From contig OZ252299.1 in assembly GCA_965250285.1 (NCBI GenBank), positions 1,728,001 through 1,792,000 of the forward strand: a stretch of DNA of 64,000 nucleotides, written 5' to 3'. The notes beneath the pieces were generated by a model. The model saw only the letters and a list, made by a program, of their open reading frames with translations, searched no databases and was not told where the DNA came from. The DNA is from Myxococcota bacterium (GTDB taxonomy: Bacteria > Myxococcota_A > UBA9160 > UBA4427). Shown in pieces: positions 39,143-49,461 of this stretch (position 1 is its first letter; each line of letters opens with the position of its first letter). A program made the position numbers and the translations under genes.

Positions 39143-39375
39143 CGGCGCAGGCGTCGGTCGGGCGCTCGATTCGAACGAGCGCTCTGACGATCAGCACGAT
39201 TCGCTCGCTGGAGTGCGACCCACCGGCAGCTCGATGGCAGCCGAGCGGCATGCCGTCGCGATCGTCGCCAATCGCCGATCCCACCACTCTGTGGCACGCT
39301 TCCTGACCGGGGGGTGATGGTGGGCCGATGCGACGTTCGAATCATCCCCATGCGCCTCGGGCGCGCGCGCACGAC

Positions 39376-40980
39376 GTGACACGCCGGTCTTCGACCGCGC
39401 TGCGCGTCGCCGTGTGGATCGCGCTCGCCCTGTTGGTCGCCTGCTGCACCGAGCAGGAGGCGCGCGAGGTGCAGGACACTCAATCGATCGACGACGAGGG
39501 CGACCCGACCGACGTCTGGACGGCGCTGGGTGAAGAGTGGGATCCGGCCGGTCGCCTCCCCGACTTCAGCTACGCGGGCTACCGCACCGGCTCGGTGCCC
39601 CTGCCGGCCATCACGAGTCAGGTCAACGTCGAGAGCTACGGCGCGTTCGGCGATGACGATGTGGACGACACCGCCGCGATCCAGGCGGCGATCGACGGCG
39701 TAGCCGCGGGCCAGGTGATCTGGATCCCCGATGGCCGCTACATCGTATCCGATCGGCTGATCATCTCGCGATCCAACGTCGTCCTGCGAGGCGAGAGCGA
39801 AGACGGCGCACGCCTCGCGTTTCAGCGCTCACTGACCGACTTGCTCGGCCCCGAGAGCCGAGACCTCGATTTTCCGAACGTGGGGCCCGGTGAGGGCAAG
39901 CGCTGGGCCTTCATCGGCGGCCTGGTCTGGGTCGAGGGTGCGGATCCGATCGACGCCTCCACCCTGCTCGCTTCGGTCGTCGATGTCGCGTCCCGCGGCG
40001 ACCACGAACTCGAAGTCGACGACGCATCGACGCTCGCCGTCGGCGATTGGATTCGGGTCGTCATGCAAGACCCGCCTTCGGGCGACGACGAGGGTTCGCT
40101 CCTCGCCCATGTGCACGACGACCTGACGGCGACCGGCAGCGAAACCGGCTGGCGGCTGTTCGAGTTCGCGACCCGCATCGAAGCGATCGAGGGCGACCGC
40201 ATCACGCTCGAGCGTCCGCTGCCCCTCGACGTGCAACTCGAATGGTCGCCCGAGATCCACCCCTTCGCTCCGACCGTGCAAGAGGTGGGCATCGAGACGC
40301 TCACCCTCGAGCTTCCGGACATCGCGCCCGGCACCCACCTCTACGAGGTCGGCTTCAACGGCATCTACTTCTACCGCGTCGCGAACTCGTGGGTGCGGGA
40401 CGTGACGATCCTGAACGCCGACAGCGGCATCTTCCTGAACTTCTCGACCTTCAACACGGTCGAGGGCCTGACGCTCGAAGCCTCGCCCTATCGCGAGAGC
40501 CGGTCGGGCCCGAGCGGCCACCACGGGATCGGCCTCGGCTGGCTCTCGGCCGACAACCTGATCAGCGAGTTCGACATCAATACCGAGTTCCGCCACGACA
40601 TCACGATCGAGACGGTGACGCGCAGCAACGTCTTCTCGAATGGTCGCGGCGTCGACGTGAATCTCGACCACCACAAGAAGGCGCCGTACCAGAACCTGTT
40701 CACCGAAATCGATCTCGGGGCTGGCACCCGTGCGTGGGAAAGCGCGGGCCCGTCGAATGGCGGCCCGCAGAGCGCCGCCTTCAACACGTACTGGAACGTG
40801 CGAGCGTCGGGTTCGTTCCCGCTTCCCAAGAGCAACTTCGGTCCGCGGCTCAACTTCGTCGGTCTTCCGGTGACGGGCACGCCGAACTCGACGCTCGACT
40901 GGGCGGTCGAAGGCGACGGTACCGGGGACGTTCCGCCGTCCAACCTCTATCGCGCCCAGCTCGAGTGGCGTCTGCGCTGA
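39376..40980 (+). CDS. Secreted or lipoprotein right-handed beta-helix protein (pectate lyase superfamily-like)
   Basis: Lipobox-like LVAC; LPDFSYAGY; NVESYGAFGDD..DDTAAIQAAI; IP.G.Y; VVLRG. Confidence 0.8.
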   Translation: MTRRSSTALRVAVWIALALLVACCTEQEAREVQDTQSIDDEGDPTDVWTALGEEWDPAGRLPDFSYAGYRTGSVPLPAITSQVNVESYGAFGDDDVDDTAAIQAAIDGVAAGQVIWIPDGRYIVSDRLIISRSNVVLRGESEDGARLAFQRSLTDLLGPESRDLDFPNVGPGEGKRWAFIGGLVWVEGADPIDASTLLASVVDVASRGDHELEVDDASTLAVGDWIRVVMQDPPSGDDEGSLLAHVHDDLTATGSETGWRLFEFATRIEAIEGDRITLERPLPLDVQLEWSPEIHPFAPTVQEVGIETLTLELPDIAPGTHLYEVGFNGIYFYRVANSWVRDVTILNADSGIFLNFSTFNTVEGLTLEASPYRESRSGPSGHHGIGLGWLSADNLISEFDINTEFRHDITIETVTRSNVFSNGRGVDVNLDHHKKAPYQNLFTEIDLGAGTRAWESAGPSNGGPQSAAFNTYWNVRASGSFPLPKSNFGPRLNFVGLPVTGTPNSTLDWAVEGDGTGDVPPSNLYRAQLEWRLR

Positions 40981-41023
40981 GGCCGGCCACCTTCCCGGCG
41001 ATCGCCCACGCCCGCGCCGCTTG

Positions 41024-41485
41024 TCAGCCTTCGGGCTTTTCTCCGGCGCCGACGAACTCCCCGATCACGATATTCGGCCCAAGGGGAGCATCGCTCCCTA
41101 GGAAGTACTCCTTGTACTTCGTGAATCGCCCCTGCAGCCATCGGTCGATGGTCGACGCGTCGTAGTCGAGCTCGGCCGTCGTGCGAACGCCCAGCTCGGT
41201 GGCGGCCCGCTGGCTTGCGTCCACGTCCTCGACCGCGAGGACGGCGCCCACGATGCCCTCGCCGCGCGTCTCGAGCACCTGCCGAACGTGGCTGTCGCGC
41301 CCCTCGAGCGGAGCGAGCAGCTCGATGCCGGCGTCCCATGCAATCAGGCACTGCACGCCAAACTTCTCGGCGTCTTCGTCGTGCACGGATTCGAAGGTCG
41401 CGCCGAGCAGCTTCTCGTAGAACGCGCGTCCCTGCTCGATGTCCCAGACGGCCATGGTGATTCGATTCACGCCTCGTTGCGGCAT
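41024..41485 (-). CDS. VOC/glyoxalase family protein (methylmalonyl-CoA epimerase-like)
   Basis: AV.D.E....FYEKLLG, IELLAP, RGEG pattern. Confidence 0.8.
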   Translation of the reverse strand: MPQRGVNRITMAVWDIEQGRAFYEKLLGATFESVHDEDAEKFGVQCLIAWDAGIELLAPLEGRDSHVRQVLETRGEGIVGAVLAVEDVDASQRAATELGVRTTAELDYDASTIDRWLQGRFTKYKEYFLGSDAPLGPNIVIGEFVGAGEKPEG

Positions 41486-41610
41486 CGTGGTGCGCTCCTG
41501 TCCGTCGAAGGGGGGTCGGCGAGTCTATCAGCGCCGAGACCCGTTCGAGCGCACTATGCTGAGCCGGGCAGACGAATCGCCGCCTTCGCCTTCGATGCAG
41601 GAGACCCCGC

Positions 41611-42786
41611 ATGCAGCTCGTGCGCGCCCGCGCCTACGCCGTCAAGACCCCGCCGCCGAATCTCGGTGGCGTGTTCTGGTTCTTCGTGCGTCTCGAGACC
41701 GACACCGGACTCGTCGGTTGGGGCGAGTGCGCCGTGCTCTTCAGCATGTACGGGCTCGACCGCTCGTTCGCGCAGCTCGTCGAAGACAACTTCGGTCGCT
41801 ACCTCGAGGGGCAGAACCCGCTGAACCGCGATGCGCTCACGAAGCGCATGTACGAGGGGCTCACGAGTCAGAACGCGGGCTACTTCACGTCGGGCGTGAT
41901 CAGCGCATTCGACCTCGCGATGTGGGACATCTGCGGCAAGCACTTCGACGCGCCCATCTGCGACCTGCTCGGCGGTCGCTACCGGGATCGCGCTCGCACG
42001 TACACCTATATCTACTCCGAGCTCGGCGATGGCAGCATGGCCAGCTCGGTCGGCGACTGGACGAACAACCCCGGCGCCGTCGCCGAGGCGGCCCGTCAGC
42101 TGGCCGATCAGGGCTTCACGGGCCTCAAGCTCGATCCGATGCCCTACGCCGGCCCTCGCTCGCCCCGCGAGTTCACGCTCGTCGAATACGACAACGCTGA
42201 ACGGACGATCGAGGCCATTCGAGAGGCCGTCGGCTCGCGCGCCGACATCCTGATCGGCACCCACGGTCAGATGACGCCCTCGGTGTCACGCCGGCTGGCT
42301 CGACGGCTCGAGCCCTACGACCCGCTGTGGCTCGAAGAGCCCTGCCCGCCCGAGAACCCCGAAGAGATGGCCCGCATCGCGGCGAGCACGACGATTCCGA
42401 TTGCGACGGGCGAACGGCTGGCCTTCGTCCATGAATTCGAGCGGCTGTTCGCGGCCGGCGCGTGCCACTATGCCCAGCCCGACCTCGGCAGCTGTGGCGG
42501 CATCTCGGCCGGGCGCCAGATCGCGACTCTCGCCGAGGCGCACTACGTCCTCATGGCCCCGCACGTGTGGGGCGGGCCGATCATCACGGCGGCCGCGCTG
42601 CAGCTCGACGCCGCGATTCCGAACTTTCTGATCCAGGAGAGCATCCACACGTCGAATCTCTTCTTCGACGAGCTGCTGATCGAGCCCTTCGTCTGGGAAG
42701 ACGGAGACCTGCTGCTCCCCGAACGCCCGGGGCTCGGCTTCGAGCTCGCCGAAGCCAAGCTCGACGAGTACGCCGTGCGGCGTTGA
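41611..42786 (+). CDS. Mandelate racemase/muconate lactonizing enzyme family (acid-sugar dehydratase-like)
   Basis: GWGE, DLAMWDICGK, KLDP, WLEEP, ATGER, QPD, APH, RPGLG. Confidence 0.9.
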   Translation: MQLVRARAYAVKTPPPNLGGVFWFFVRLETDTGLVGWGECAVLFSMYGLDRSFAQLVEDNFGRYLEGQNPLNRDALTKRMYEGLTSQNAGYFTSGVISAFDLAMWDICGKHFDAPICDLLGGRYRDRARTYTYIYSELGDGSMASSVGDWTNNPGAVAEAARQLADQGFTGLKLDPMPYAGPRSPREFTLVEYDNAERTIEAIREAVGSRADILIGTHGQMTPSVSRRLARRLEPYDPLWLEEPCPPENPEEMARIAASTTIPIATGERLAFVHEFERLFAAGACHYAQPDLGSCGGISAGRQIATLAEAHYVLMAPHVWGGPIITAAALQLDAAIPNFLIQESIHTSNLFFDELLIEPFVWEDGDLLLPERPGLGFELAEAKLDEYAVRR

Positions 42787-42920
42787 GGCGACGACCGGCG
42801 GGCCATCAGAGCTGCCGACCGATTGCGTATGGGTGAGGCGGCGCTCGTGACGCCGGCGTCGATTCGAGGTCAAGCCCCTGTTCGAAGGGGTCGATCCACT
42901 GGGGAGGAGCCTCTCCCCAC

Positions 42921-43613
42921 ATGCCGCCCCTCCACGTTCGATGCCTCCGCACAGCCGCGACCGCGACCCGTCTGGCCGTCGCCGGCCTGGTGCTCGCGCT
43001 GCCCGGCGTGGCGCTCGCCGCCATGATCACGTGGAACCCAGCCCAGGACATCGCGAACGCACTCGACGTCGACACCTCCGGCACCCTCGTCGAAGCGATC
43101 AACGCCAGCGGCTCGGGCGCCTCGGCCACCGTGAACGGCGTCGCCTTCGCCGCTTCGGACGCGCTCCTCGATCGCAGCTACGGCGGCGATACGCTCGCCG
43201 GCCAGACGAGCGGCGATGCGTCACTCGATGGACTCATCGGCCGCTTCGACTACGGCAACGGCACGAGCACCGCGGTGTCGCTCGGCAGCGGGCTCCTGGT
43301 CCCCGGTGAGCGCTACCTGATCCAGCTCTTCTTCACCGACCTGCGCGGCTGCTGCTCGGGGCGCGACATGTCCTTCGGTGACGGGCTCGGCAATGAGGTC
43401 GACCTGAATGCCACGGGCGCGGGACTGGGGCAGTTCGCGGTCGGATGGTTCGACGCCGACGCCACGAGCCAGAGTCTCACGATGCGCACCAACGGCTTCG
43501 GCAACGCCCACATCACGGGCTATCAGATTCGGGCGATCCCCGAACCCGGCGCGGGCCTGCTCGTCCTGTTCGGGCTCACGATTCTCGGCGTGCGCGGTCG
43601 GCGCGCGGCGTAA
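42921..43613 (+). CDS. PEP-CTERM sorting domain-containing surface protein
   Basis: GGAGGAG RBS, signal peptide, C-terminal IPEPG + hydrophobic helix + RGRR. Confidence 0.9.
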   Translation: MPPLHVRCLRTAATATRLAVAGLVLALPGVALAAMITWNPAQDIANALDVDTSGTLVEAINASGSGASATVNGVAFAASDALLDRSYGGDTLAGQTSGDASLDGLIGRFDYGNGTSTAVSLGSGLLVPGERYLIQLFFTDLRGCCSGRDMSFGDGLGNEVDLNATGAGLGQFAVGWFDADATSQSLTMRTNGFGNAHITGYQIRAIPEPGAGLLVLFGLTILGVRGRRAA

Positions 43614-43619
43614 CGCCGA

Positions 43620-44408
43620 TCAACCGGGCCATTCCGCGACGAACAAATACCGATTCAGGCTGAAGAAGTAGCGGCCCTCGCGGCCGAGCGTCTCGAGCTC
43701 TTCGAGCCAGCCCGCGGCGTCGGCTTCGGTGCAGGCGCGTCTTCCGGCGCAGAAGCCGGCCATCAGCTTCGTCAGGTGGAAGCTGAACGCGCTCGGCACG
43801 TACTCGGCGTTGAACATCGGGATCGCCACCCGATGCCGATGCCGAAACCCGGCGCTCGCCAGCGCCCCGCCGAGTGTCCGCGGCAGACCGCGATGAACGA
43901 AGTGCTCGTCCCACGCGTCGATGAGGCGACCCTGTCTGGGCTCGTCCTCGGTGTGGATCACCAGCGACGCATAGTCGGTGTCGAGAATGGCCACGAGCCC
44001 GCCCGGGCGGAGCACGCGCGACACTTCGGCGAGTGCGCCGGGGATGTCGGGGACGTACTCGTAGACCTGGGTCGTCACGACGACGTCGAAGGTGTCCTCA
44101 TCGAATGGGAGTGCCGCGGCGTCCCCCTGCTCGAACGCGACGTGGGGCCGATCGGCGCAGCGCAGACGCGCCATCTCGAGCATGGGCTCGGAGAGATCGA
44201 GGCCGACAACGCGACCGCTCGGCCCGACGGCGTCGGCGATCTCGCGTGCCAGGAGCCCGGGGCCCGAGCCGATGTCGAGGGCCGCGTCCCCCGGCCGCAG
44301 CGAGAGCAGCCGCAGGACGATGCTCCGCTGCTCGATGACGTCCGTCGTGAGGTACGCGGCCTCGAGGGCGCGTGCGGCGGCGGCGTTGAAATCGATGGAC
44401 GTCGACAA
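43620..44408 (-). CDS. SAM-dependent methyltransferase (UbiE-like)
   Basis: LDIGSGPG, GDAAALPF, RVLRPGG. Confidence 0.88.
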   Translation of the reverse strand: MSTSIDFNAAAARALEAAYLTTDVIEQRSIVLRLLSLRPGDAALDIGSGPGLLAREIADAVGPSGRVVGLDLSEPMLEMARLRCADRPHVAFEQGDAAALPFDEDTFDVVVTTQVYEYVPDIPGALAEVSRVLRPGGLVAILDTDYASLVIHTEDEPRQGRLIDAWDEHFVHRGLPRTLGGALASAGFRHRHRVAIPMFNAEYVPSAFSFHLTKLMAGFCAGRRACTEADAAGWLEELETLGREGRYFFSLNRYLFVAEWPG

Positions 44409-44450
44409 GCGGGCTCCCTCCAGGTCGGCGCCGCAGCATAGCGAGTGCGC

Positions 44451-46073
44451 CTAGACGACCCGAGTCCGCCACGAGTCGACGGCGTGCGTCACCAGAATGC
44501 CCATCCCCGTCATCAATGCGACGAAGCGAAGGAGTCCGCCGATCAGCGGGAGGTTGACGGCGAGCACGAGCAGGAGCAGCCCGAGGAGAAGCGCGATGCC
44601 GAACCGCGAGTTCGAGCCGGGCGGCGGACGCAGCAACCCCTGCCCGATCAGCGACGCCACGATGACCATCGAGACGAAGAGCGCGGTCAGATACGTGAAG
44701 ATCATGATGATGCCGATCGGGATCCCGACGACCGTGGCGAAGCACACCACGATCGCGACGGGGACACAGACGATCGCCACGAACCCGAACCCCAGCTCGC
44801 GAAAGAAGTCGGCGGTCGTCGGCACACCGAGCTCGAAGAGGCTCGGCCGAACCAGGTGCAGCAGCATGCCGACGATGAACGCGGAGACCAACACGACGAG
44901 ATTGGCAACGTAGAAGTGGCGGCTCGCCCAGCGGCTTCGCTGCTCCTTGCGGTTCCAGTCGAGCTCGCCCTCGATCCGTTCACCCCCGATCCGGGCCCCG
45001 TCGGCGACCTCGACTTCGTTGCCCGGCTCGAGCTGAGCGTCGAAGTCACCGCCGATCCGAGCTTCGTCCAGCAGCGCGGCCTCCTGCCCCCGGACAAGGA
45101 GATTGCGTCCGACATGCCCGCGCACTTCGATGCGCTCACCTCCGAAGGCGACGTCGCGGTCGATCTTGCCATCGACCTGGAACAGGTCGGCGACCATGGC
45201 CGCATCACGGCCTACGCGACTCGAGTCACTGACCGTCACGTCTTCGCAGAAGCCGTACAGCTGTCCGTCAACCGGGCCCTCGATTCGGACGACCTCGCCC
45301 CCGACGTACAGCGATCCTGCGATGCGACCCAGCAGATCGACGTCGTTCGCCACGACGAACACGCTGCCGTTCACGGTTCCGGTGATCCGCAACCGCTTGG
45401 TGAACGCAAACAGATCGCCGTCGAGGGTGCCCTCGATTCGCACCTCGTCTGCACTCACGACCAGCGTCTGCGCCCAGGTCTCGTCCGCCGGCACCACCAC
45501 GCGCTCGACGTCATGGCGTAGGTCGAAGGCCTCGGCGTCGGGTGCGGCCAACGCGAGGCCCGTGAGTGCCAGGATCACGGCCCCGGTGCGCGCGATTCGC
45601 TTGTCGAGCGTGCTCACGAGGAACGTCCCGATCGCCGCGACGGCGAACAGCGCTCCCTGTGTGAGCGCGGTCTCCATCAGCCCGGGCACTTCGTCGCGCA
45701 GCATGAAGACGGTCTCGAGGGTCATCTCGTAGGCTCCCATGAGTCGAATCGGACTGAGCAGGCTGGTCCCGGCGGGCAGGTTGCGCTCGAGCACCCAGCC
45801 GAGTGTGGTCACGACGAGCGCTGCCACGCCGAGCGCCGGGCCGACGCCGAAGACGAGCCCGCGCGCGCGCTCTTGCGGGGCGTGGACGCGCCCGCGGCCG
45901 AGGTCGCGGTCGTGCAACACGTCGCCGAGGAGGCCGATCTCGTCGCGCAGCGCGAGCACGCTGCCGCGACAGTGCTGGCAGCCGACGAGGTGCGACTCGA
46001 CCTCACGCAAGGCGTCGATGGAGAGCTCGCCATCGGCATAGAACGAGAGGGTCTCTTCGCTGGGGCAGCTCAT
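44451..46073 (-). CDS. Zinc-binding anti-sigma (zf-HC2) fused to bactofilin-like repeats and a C-terminal polytopic membrane domain
   Basis: DGEL..HLVGCQHC (HxxxCxxC); repeated V.I.G.V.G motifs; several hydrophobic helices; ATGA overlap with the ECF sigma gene. Confidence 0.82.
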   Translation of the reverse strand: MSCPSEETLSFYADGELSIDALREVESHLVGCQHCRGSVLALRDEIGLLGDVLHDRDLGRGRVHAPQERARGLVFGVGPALGVAALVVTTLGWVLERNLPAGTSLLSPIRLMGAYEMTLETVFMLRDEVPGLMETALTQGALFAVAAIGTFLVSTLDKRIARTGAVILALTGLALAAPDAEAFDLRHDVERVVVPADETWAQTLVVSADEVRIEGTLDGDLFAFTKRLRITGTVNGSVFVVANDVDLLGRIAGSLYVGGEVVRIEGPVDGQLYGFCEDVTVSDSSRVGRDAAMVADLFQVDGKIDRDVAFGGERIEVRGHVGRNLLVRGQEAALLDEARIGGDFDAQLEPGNEVEVADGARIGGERIEGELDWNRKEQRSRWASRHFYVANLVVLVSAFIVGMLLHLVRPSLFELGVPTTADFFRELGFGFVAIVCVPVAIVVCFATVVGIPIGIIMIFTYLTALFVSMVIVASLIGQGLLRPPPGSNSRFGIALLLGLLLLVLAVNLPLIGGLLRFVALMTGMGILVTHAVDSWRTRVV

Positions 46074-46648
46074 TTCTCCCCTCCAGCCGGCGTCTCGGTC
46101 TCGGTCGTCATCAAGACCCGCATCTTCTTCTTGGCCCGGAAGATCAGCGTGCCGACCCGCGCGCGGTTCGTGCCCAGGCTGTCAGCGATCTCGTCGTAGC
46201 TGGCGTCACCGAAGTACCGCATCAACAGCGGCAGGCGGTACTCGACGGGGAGGCTCGCCAGCGCACGGTCGAGGGCGTCTCGGTTCTCCCGTGCCACGAC
46301 CCGTGAGAGAGGCGACGGCGTTGAGCCTTCGAGCTCTCCGGGCTCGATCTCGATCTGCGCGAAGAGTCGGCGTTCGACGGCGTCGCGGCGCAGGCGGTCG
46401 ATGCAGTGGTTGCCCGCCACCGAGAGCAGCCACGTCCGGAACGAGCGCGCAGGGTCGTAGCTCGAGAGCGATCCCCGCACCTTCAAGAAGACGTCGCTGC
46501 GCGCGTCGGCCGCGACTTCGGGTGCGCCGAGCATGCGCAGACAGACGCGCAGCACGTCGTCCCCGAATGCGTCGAAGAGCAACGCGAACGCGTCGGGGTC
46601 GCCGGCCCGCGCGCGCTGGATCGTCTCGGCCGTCGGTTCGCTCGCCAA
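46070..46648 (-). CDS. ECF RNA polymerase sigma factor (SigW-like)
   Basis: GD..AF..L, FRTWL..VA.N.CID, LP..YR, SYDEIA..LG region 4; probable TTG start 46648. Confidence 0.9.
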   Translation of the reverse strand: MASEPTAETIQRARAGDPDAFALLFDAFGDDVLRVCLRMLGAPEVAADARSDVFLKVRGSLSSYDPARSFRTWLLSVAGNHCIDRLRRDAVERRLFAQIEIEPGELEGSTPSPLSRVVARENRDALDRALASLPVEYRLPLLMRYFGDASYDEIADSLGTNRARVGTLIFRAKKKMRVLMTTETETPAGGEK

Positions 46649-46933
46649 GCTGCGCTGATCCCCCGATGTGCTGCTGCGCCGAATCCTATCGAGTCGCGCC
46701 CGAGCACGCGCTGCGAGCCCTCGCGAGGGCCACTCGATGCCGACGAGCGTCCATTCGGGGGTGCGAAGCCACATGGGTCCCGATCCTCCCTGGTCGCCGA
46801 GGGTCGAGGCCTGCCCTCGCCCACAATCCCTCTACGAGCCGGCGCGTGTGAAATTTCGCCGCGGGATCGAGATTTCTTCGTCGAGGCCCTTGGGCCCCCG
46901 CAGCGCGCATCGGATCACGTTCGGCTGGCGTCC

Positions 46934-46974
46934 GATTATGCAGTTGACTAACTTGATTGTCCGACCGCATAATC
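46934..46974. promoter_or_regulatory. Promoter and palindromic operator upstream of tetR
   Basis: TTGACT-N18-CATAAT nested within the inverted repeat GATTATGC...GCATAATC. Confidence 0.6.
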
Positions 46975-46992
46975 CCGTCCGGAGGTCCCGCC

Positions 46993-47637
46993 ATGCCGTC
47001 CGCTCCCGTGGCCGCAGCCGCCATCCCCGAAACCCGCCAGCGCATCGTCGAGGCGGCCCTCGAGGTGTTTACCGAGCGCGGATTCGACGGTGCGTCCACC
47101 CGTCAGATCGCCGCCCAGGCCGGCGTGAATCACGGCTTGATCCCGTACTACTTCGGCAACAAGAAGAAGCTCTGGCAGGCCGCCGTCGACGATGCCTTCG
47201 GAGACATGCAGGCTGAGATCGACACCATGCTCGGTGACCCCGCACTGTTGACGCCGCGAGAGCGCGCGGCGCGCATGATCCGGGGCCACGTCTACTTCGT
47301 CGCGCGCCGGCCCGCCTTCGTTCGGCTGATGTACGAGGAAGGCAAGCGGCGCGGCGAGCGCATGCGCTGGATGGTCGACCGGCACGTCCAGCCCCTCTAC
47401 GACGCGGTGCTCGAGGTCGTGCGCGAGCTGGGCGGAACCCTCGACGACGAGCTCGCCGCTTCGCCGGTTCACTTCTTCTACGTGATGGCCGGCGCGGCCG
47501 GGCTCGTCTTTCACCAAGCCGAAGAATGTCGCCGCGTGAGCGGCGAAGACCCCTTCGACGCCGACTTCGTCGACCAGCACGCGCGTGTGGTGGTCCGCCT
47601 CCTGCTGGGGCCCGATCCCGGGGCGTCGGGAAGATGA
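46993..47637 (+). CDS. TetR/AcrR family transcriptional regulator
   Basis: TRQRIVEAA...GFDGASTRQIA..AGV....I.YYFGNK; GGAGG RBS. Confidence 0.93.
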   Translation: MPSAPVAAAAIPETRQRIVEAALEVFTERGFDGASTRQIAAQAGVNHGLIPYYFGNKKKLWQAAVDDAFGDMQAEIDTMLGDPALLTPRERAARMIRGHVYFVARRPAFVRLMYEEGKRRGERMRWMVDRHVQPLYDAVLEVVRELGGTLDDELAASPVHFFYVMAGAAGLVFHQAEECRRVSGEDPFDADFVDQHARVVVRLLLGPDPGASGR

Positions 47638-47654
47638 GCCGAGAAGGAGCCGCC

Positions 47655-49196
47655 ATGGGCGACTCGTACGACATCGCCATCGTGGGCTACGGCCCCGTCG
47701 GCGCCATGACCGCACTTCAGATGGCCCATGCCGGGCTCCGGGTCTTGATCCTCGAGCGCGACACCGAGGTGCTCGACATCCCGCGCGCCGTCGGCCTCGA
47801 CGGCGAGAGCATGCGCGCCTTTCAACGCCTCGGGCTCGCCGAGCAGGTCGAAGCGGTGGTGCAGCCGCGGCGCGAGGACGAAGAGCTCACCTTCACCGAT
47901 TCGAAGCGCAACCGGCTCTTCGGCATGCAGTTCCCACCCGTTGGCCCACTCGGCTGGCGCGACATCGCGTTCTTCGATCAACCCCAGCTCGAGGCGCTCC
48001 TTCGCCAGATCATCGCCGAGCGCGGTGACGTCACGGTCGAAGACGGCCTCGAGGTCACGCGAATCGAGCAGCACGCGCGCGGCGTGACCCTCACCGCCGA
48101 CACGAGAGGCCAGGCGCGCGCGTTCGAGGCCAGCTGGGTGATCGGCTGTGACGGCGCCGGCAGCTTCGTGCGCCGGAGCATCGGCTCGAAGTGGGAGAGC
48201 CTGGGCTACGACCAGGATTGGCTCGTCATCGACGTCACGATCGGCCCCGAGGCCGAGCTGCCGATCTCGGTGATGCAGGTCTGCGATCCCGAGCGGCTGA
48301 CCACCTATATCCCGGGCCGCGATCCCTATCGACGCTGGGAGTTCCAGATCATCGACGGCGACGTGCGTGCCGAGATGACGACGCCGGATCGAATCGCGGC
48401 CCTGCTCGAACCGTGGATCGCGCCCGAGCACTACGTCGTGCGCCGCGCCGCCGTATATCAGTTTCATGCGGCGCTCGCGTCGGAGTGGCGACAGGGGCGC
48501 GTGCTGCTGGCGGGCGACGCCGCCCACCAGACGCCGCCCTTCCTGGGCCAGGGCCTCAACTCAGGCTTCCGCGACGCAGTGTGTCTCGGTTGGAAGCTGC
48601 CCCTCGTCGCGTCGGGTGCCTGCGACGAAGCGCTGCTCGACACCTATCAGGCCGAACGGGCCGCACATGCGCTCGATCTCGTCGACCGGGCGGTCGGGAT
48701 CGGTCAGCTGATGGAGACGTTGGCGGCCCGAGAGGCCGGCCAGCCCGATCCATACGAAGGCGCCGAGACCCGCGCGGCCCCGCCGGCCAACGGTGAGATC
48801 ATCCCGCGTGTGCGTGGCGGCACCGTCATGGCCGGCCAAAGGGACGACGCATCGGGGGTCGGCCGTCTGCTCTACCAGCCCTGGGTCGAGCGGACGGAGG
48901 GCGACCGGGTGCGCTTCGACGACTGTCTCGACGAGAGCTTCGCGGTCGTGGCGCGATCGAGCACCGACGTCTCGCTGAGTGAACGCAGTCGCACGATCGC
49001 CGAGCTCATCGGCTTGCAGATCGTGGTGCTCGACGAGCTCGAACTCGTCGACGGCAAGCGCGATCCCCTCTTCGCGGTCCACCCCGCCGCGATCGTCCGG
49101 CCCGATCGAATCGTCTTCGGCGTCGTCGACGACGAGACGACGCTCGACGATCTGATCGATGCCCTCGATCGGGCACTGCCCGCGCGCGCCGACTGA
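47655..49196 (+). CDS. FAD-dependent monooxygenase (MhpA/3-(3-hydroxyphenyl)propionate hydroxylase-like)
   Basis: [37 protein letters not shown]. Confidence 0.88.
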   Translation: MGDSYDIAIVGYGPVGAMTALQMAHAGLRVLILERDTEVLDIPRAVGLDGESMRAFQRLGLAEQVEAVVQPRREDEELTFTDSKRNRLFGMQFPPVGPLGWRDIAFFDQPQLEALLRQIIAERGDVTVEDGLEVTRIEQHARGVTLTADTRGQARAFEASWVIGCDGAGSFVRRSIGSKWESLGYDQDWLVIDVTIGPEAELPISVMQVCDPERLTTYIPGRDPYRRWEFQIIDGDVRAEMTTPDRIAALLEPWIAPEHYVVRRAAVYQFHAALASEWRQGRVLLAGDAAHQTPPFLGQGLNSGFRDAVCLGWKLPLVASGACDEALLDTYQAERAAHALDLVDRAVGIGQLMETLAAREAGQPDPYEGAETRAAPPANGEIIPRVRGGTVMAGQRDDASGVGRLLYQPWVERTEGDRVRFDDCLDESFAVVARSSTDVSLSERSRTIAELIGLQIVVLDELELVDGKRDPLFAVHPAAIVRPDRIVFGVVDDETTLDDLIDALDRALPARAD

Positions 49197-49461
49197 CTCC
49201 GGGGAGCGCTCCGGCGGCCGCGCGTCACCGGGGCGGCATCTACTCGACCGGCGCTGTAGGGATCGTATCGCTGGCGTCCGCAACGGCGCTGCGTGGGTTC
49301 GGCCTCAGCGAGCTGCAGGGGTGCGCCCTCATCCATTCAAGTTGCACCGCGGTGTACCCTCGCCGCTCGATGGCCGCGTCGACAGCCTCGCCGATCGGCG
49401 CGGGCTCATCGATGACCGCGCCTCGCCTGCAGGCGCGGGCTCAACCTCGAAGGGGGCTGAC

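Noticed and set aside
39292..39307. TGGCACG as a sigma54 promoter (also TGGCAC on the minus strand near 27806-27811)
   Set aside because: The -12 GC is missing in both (GA and GT)
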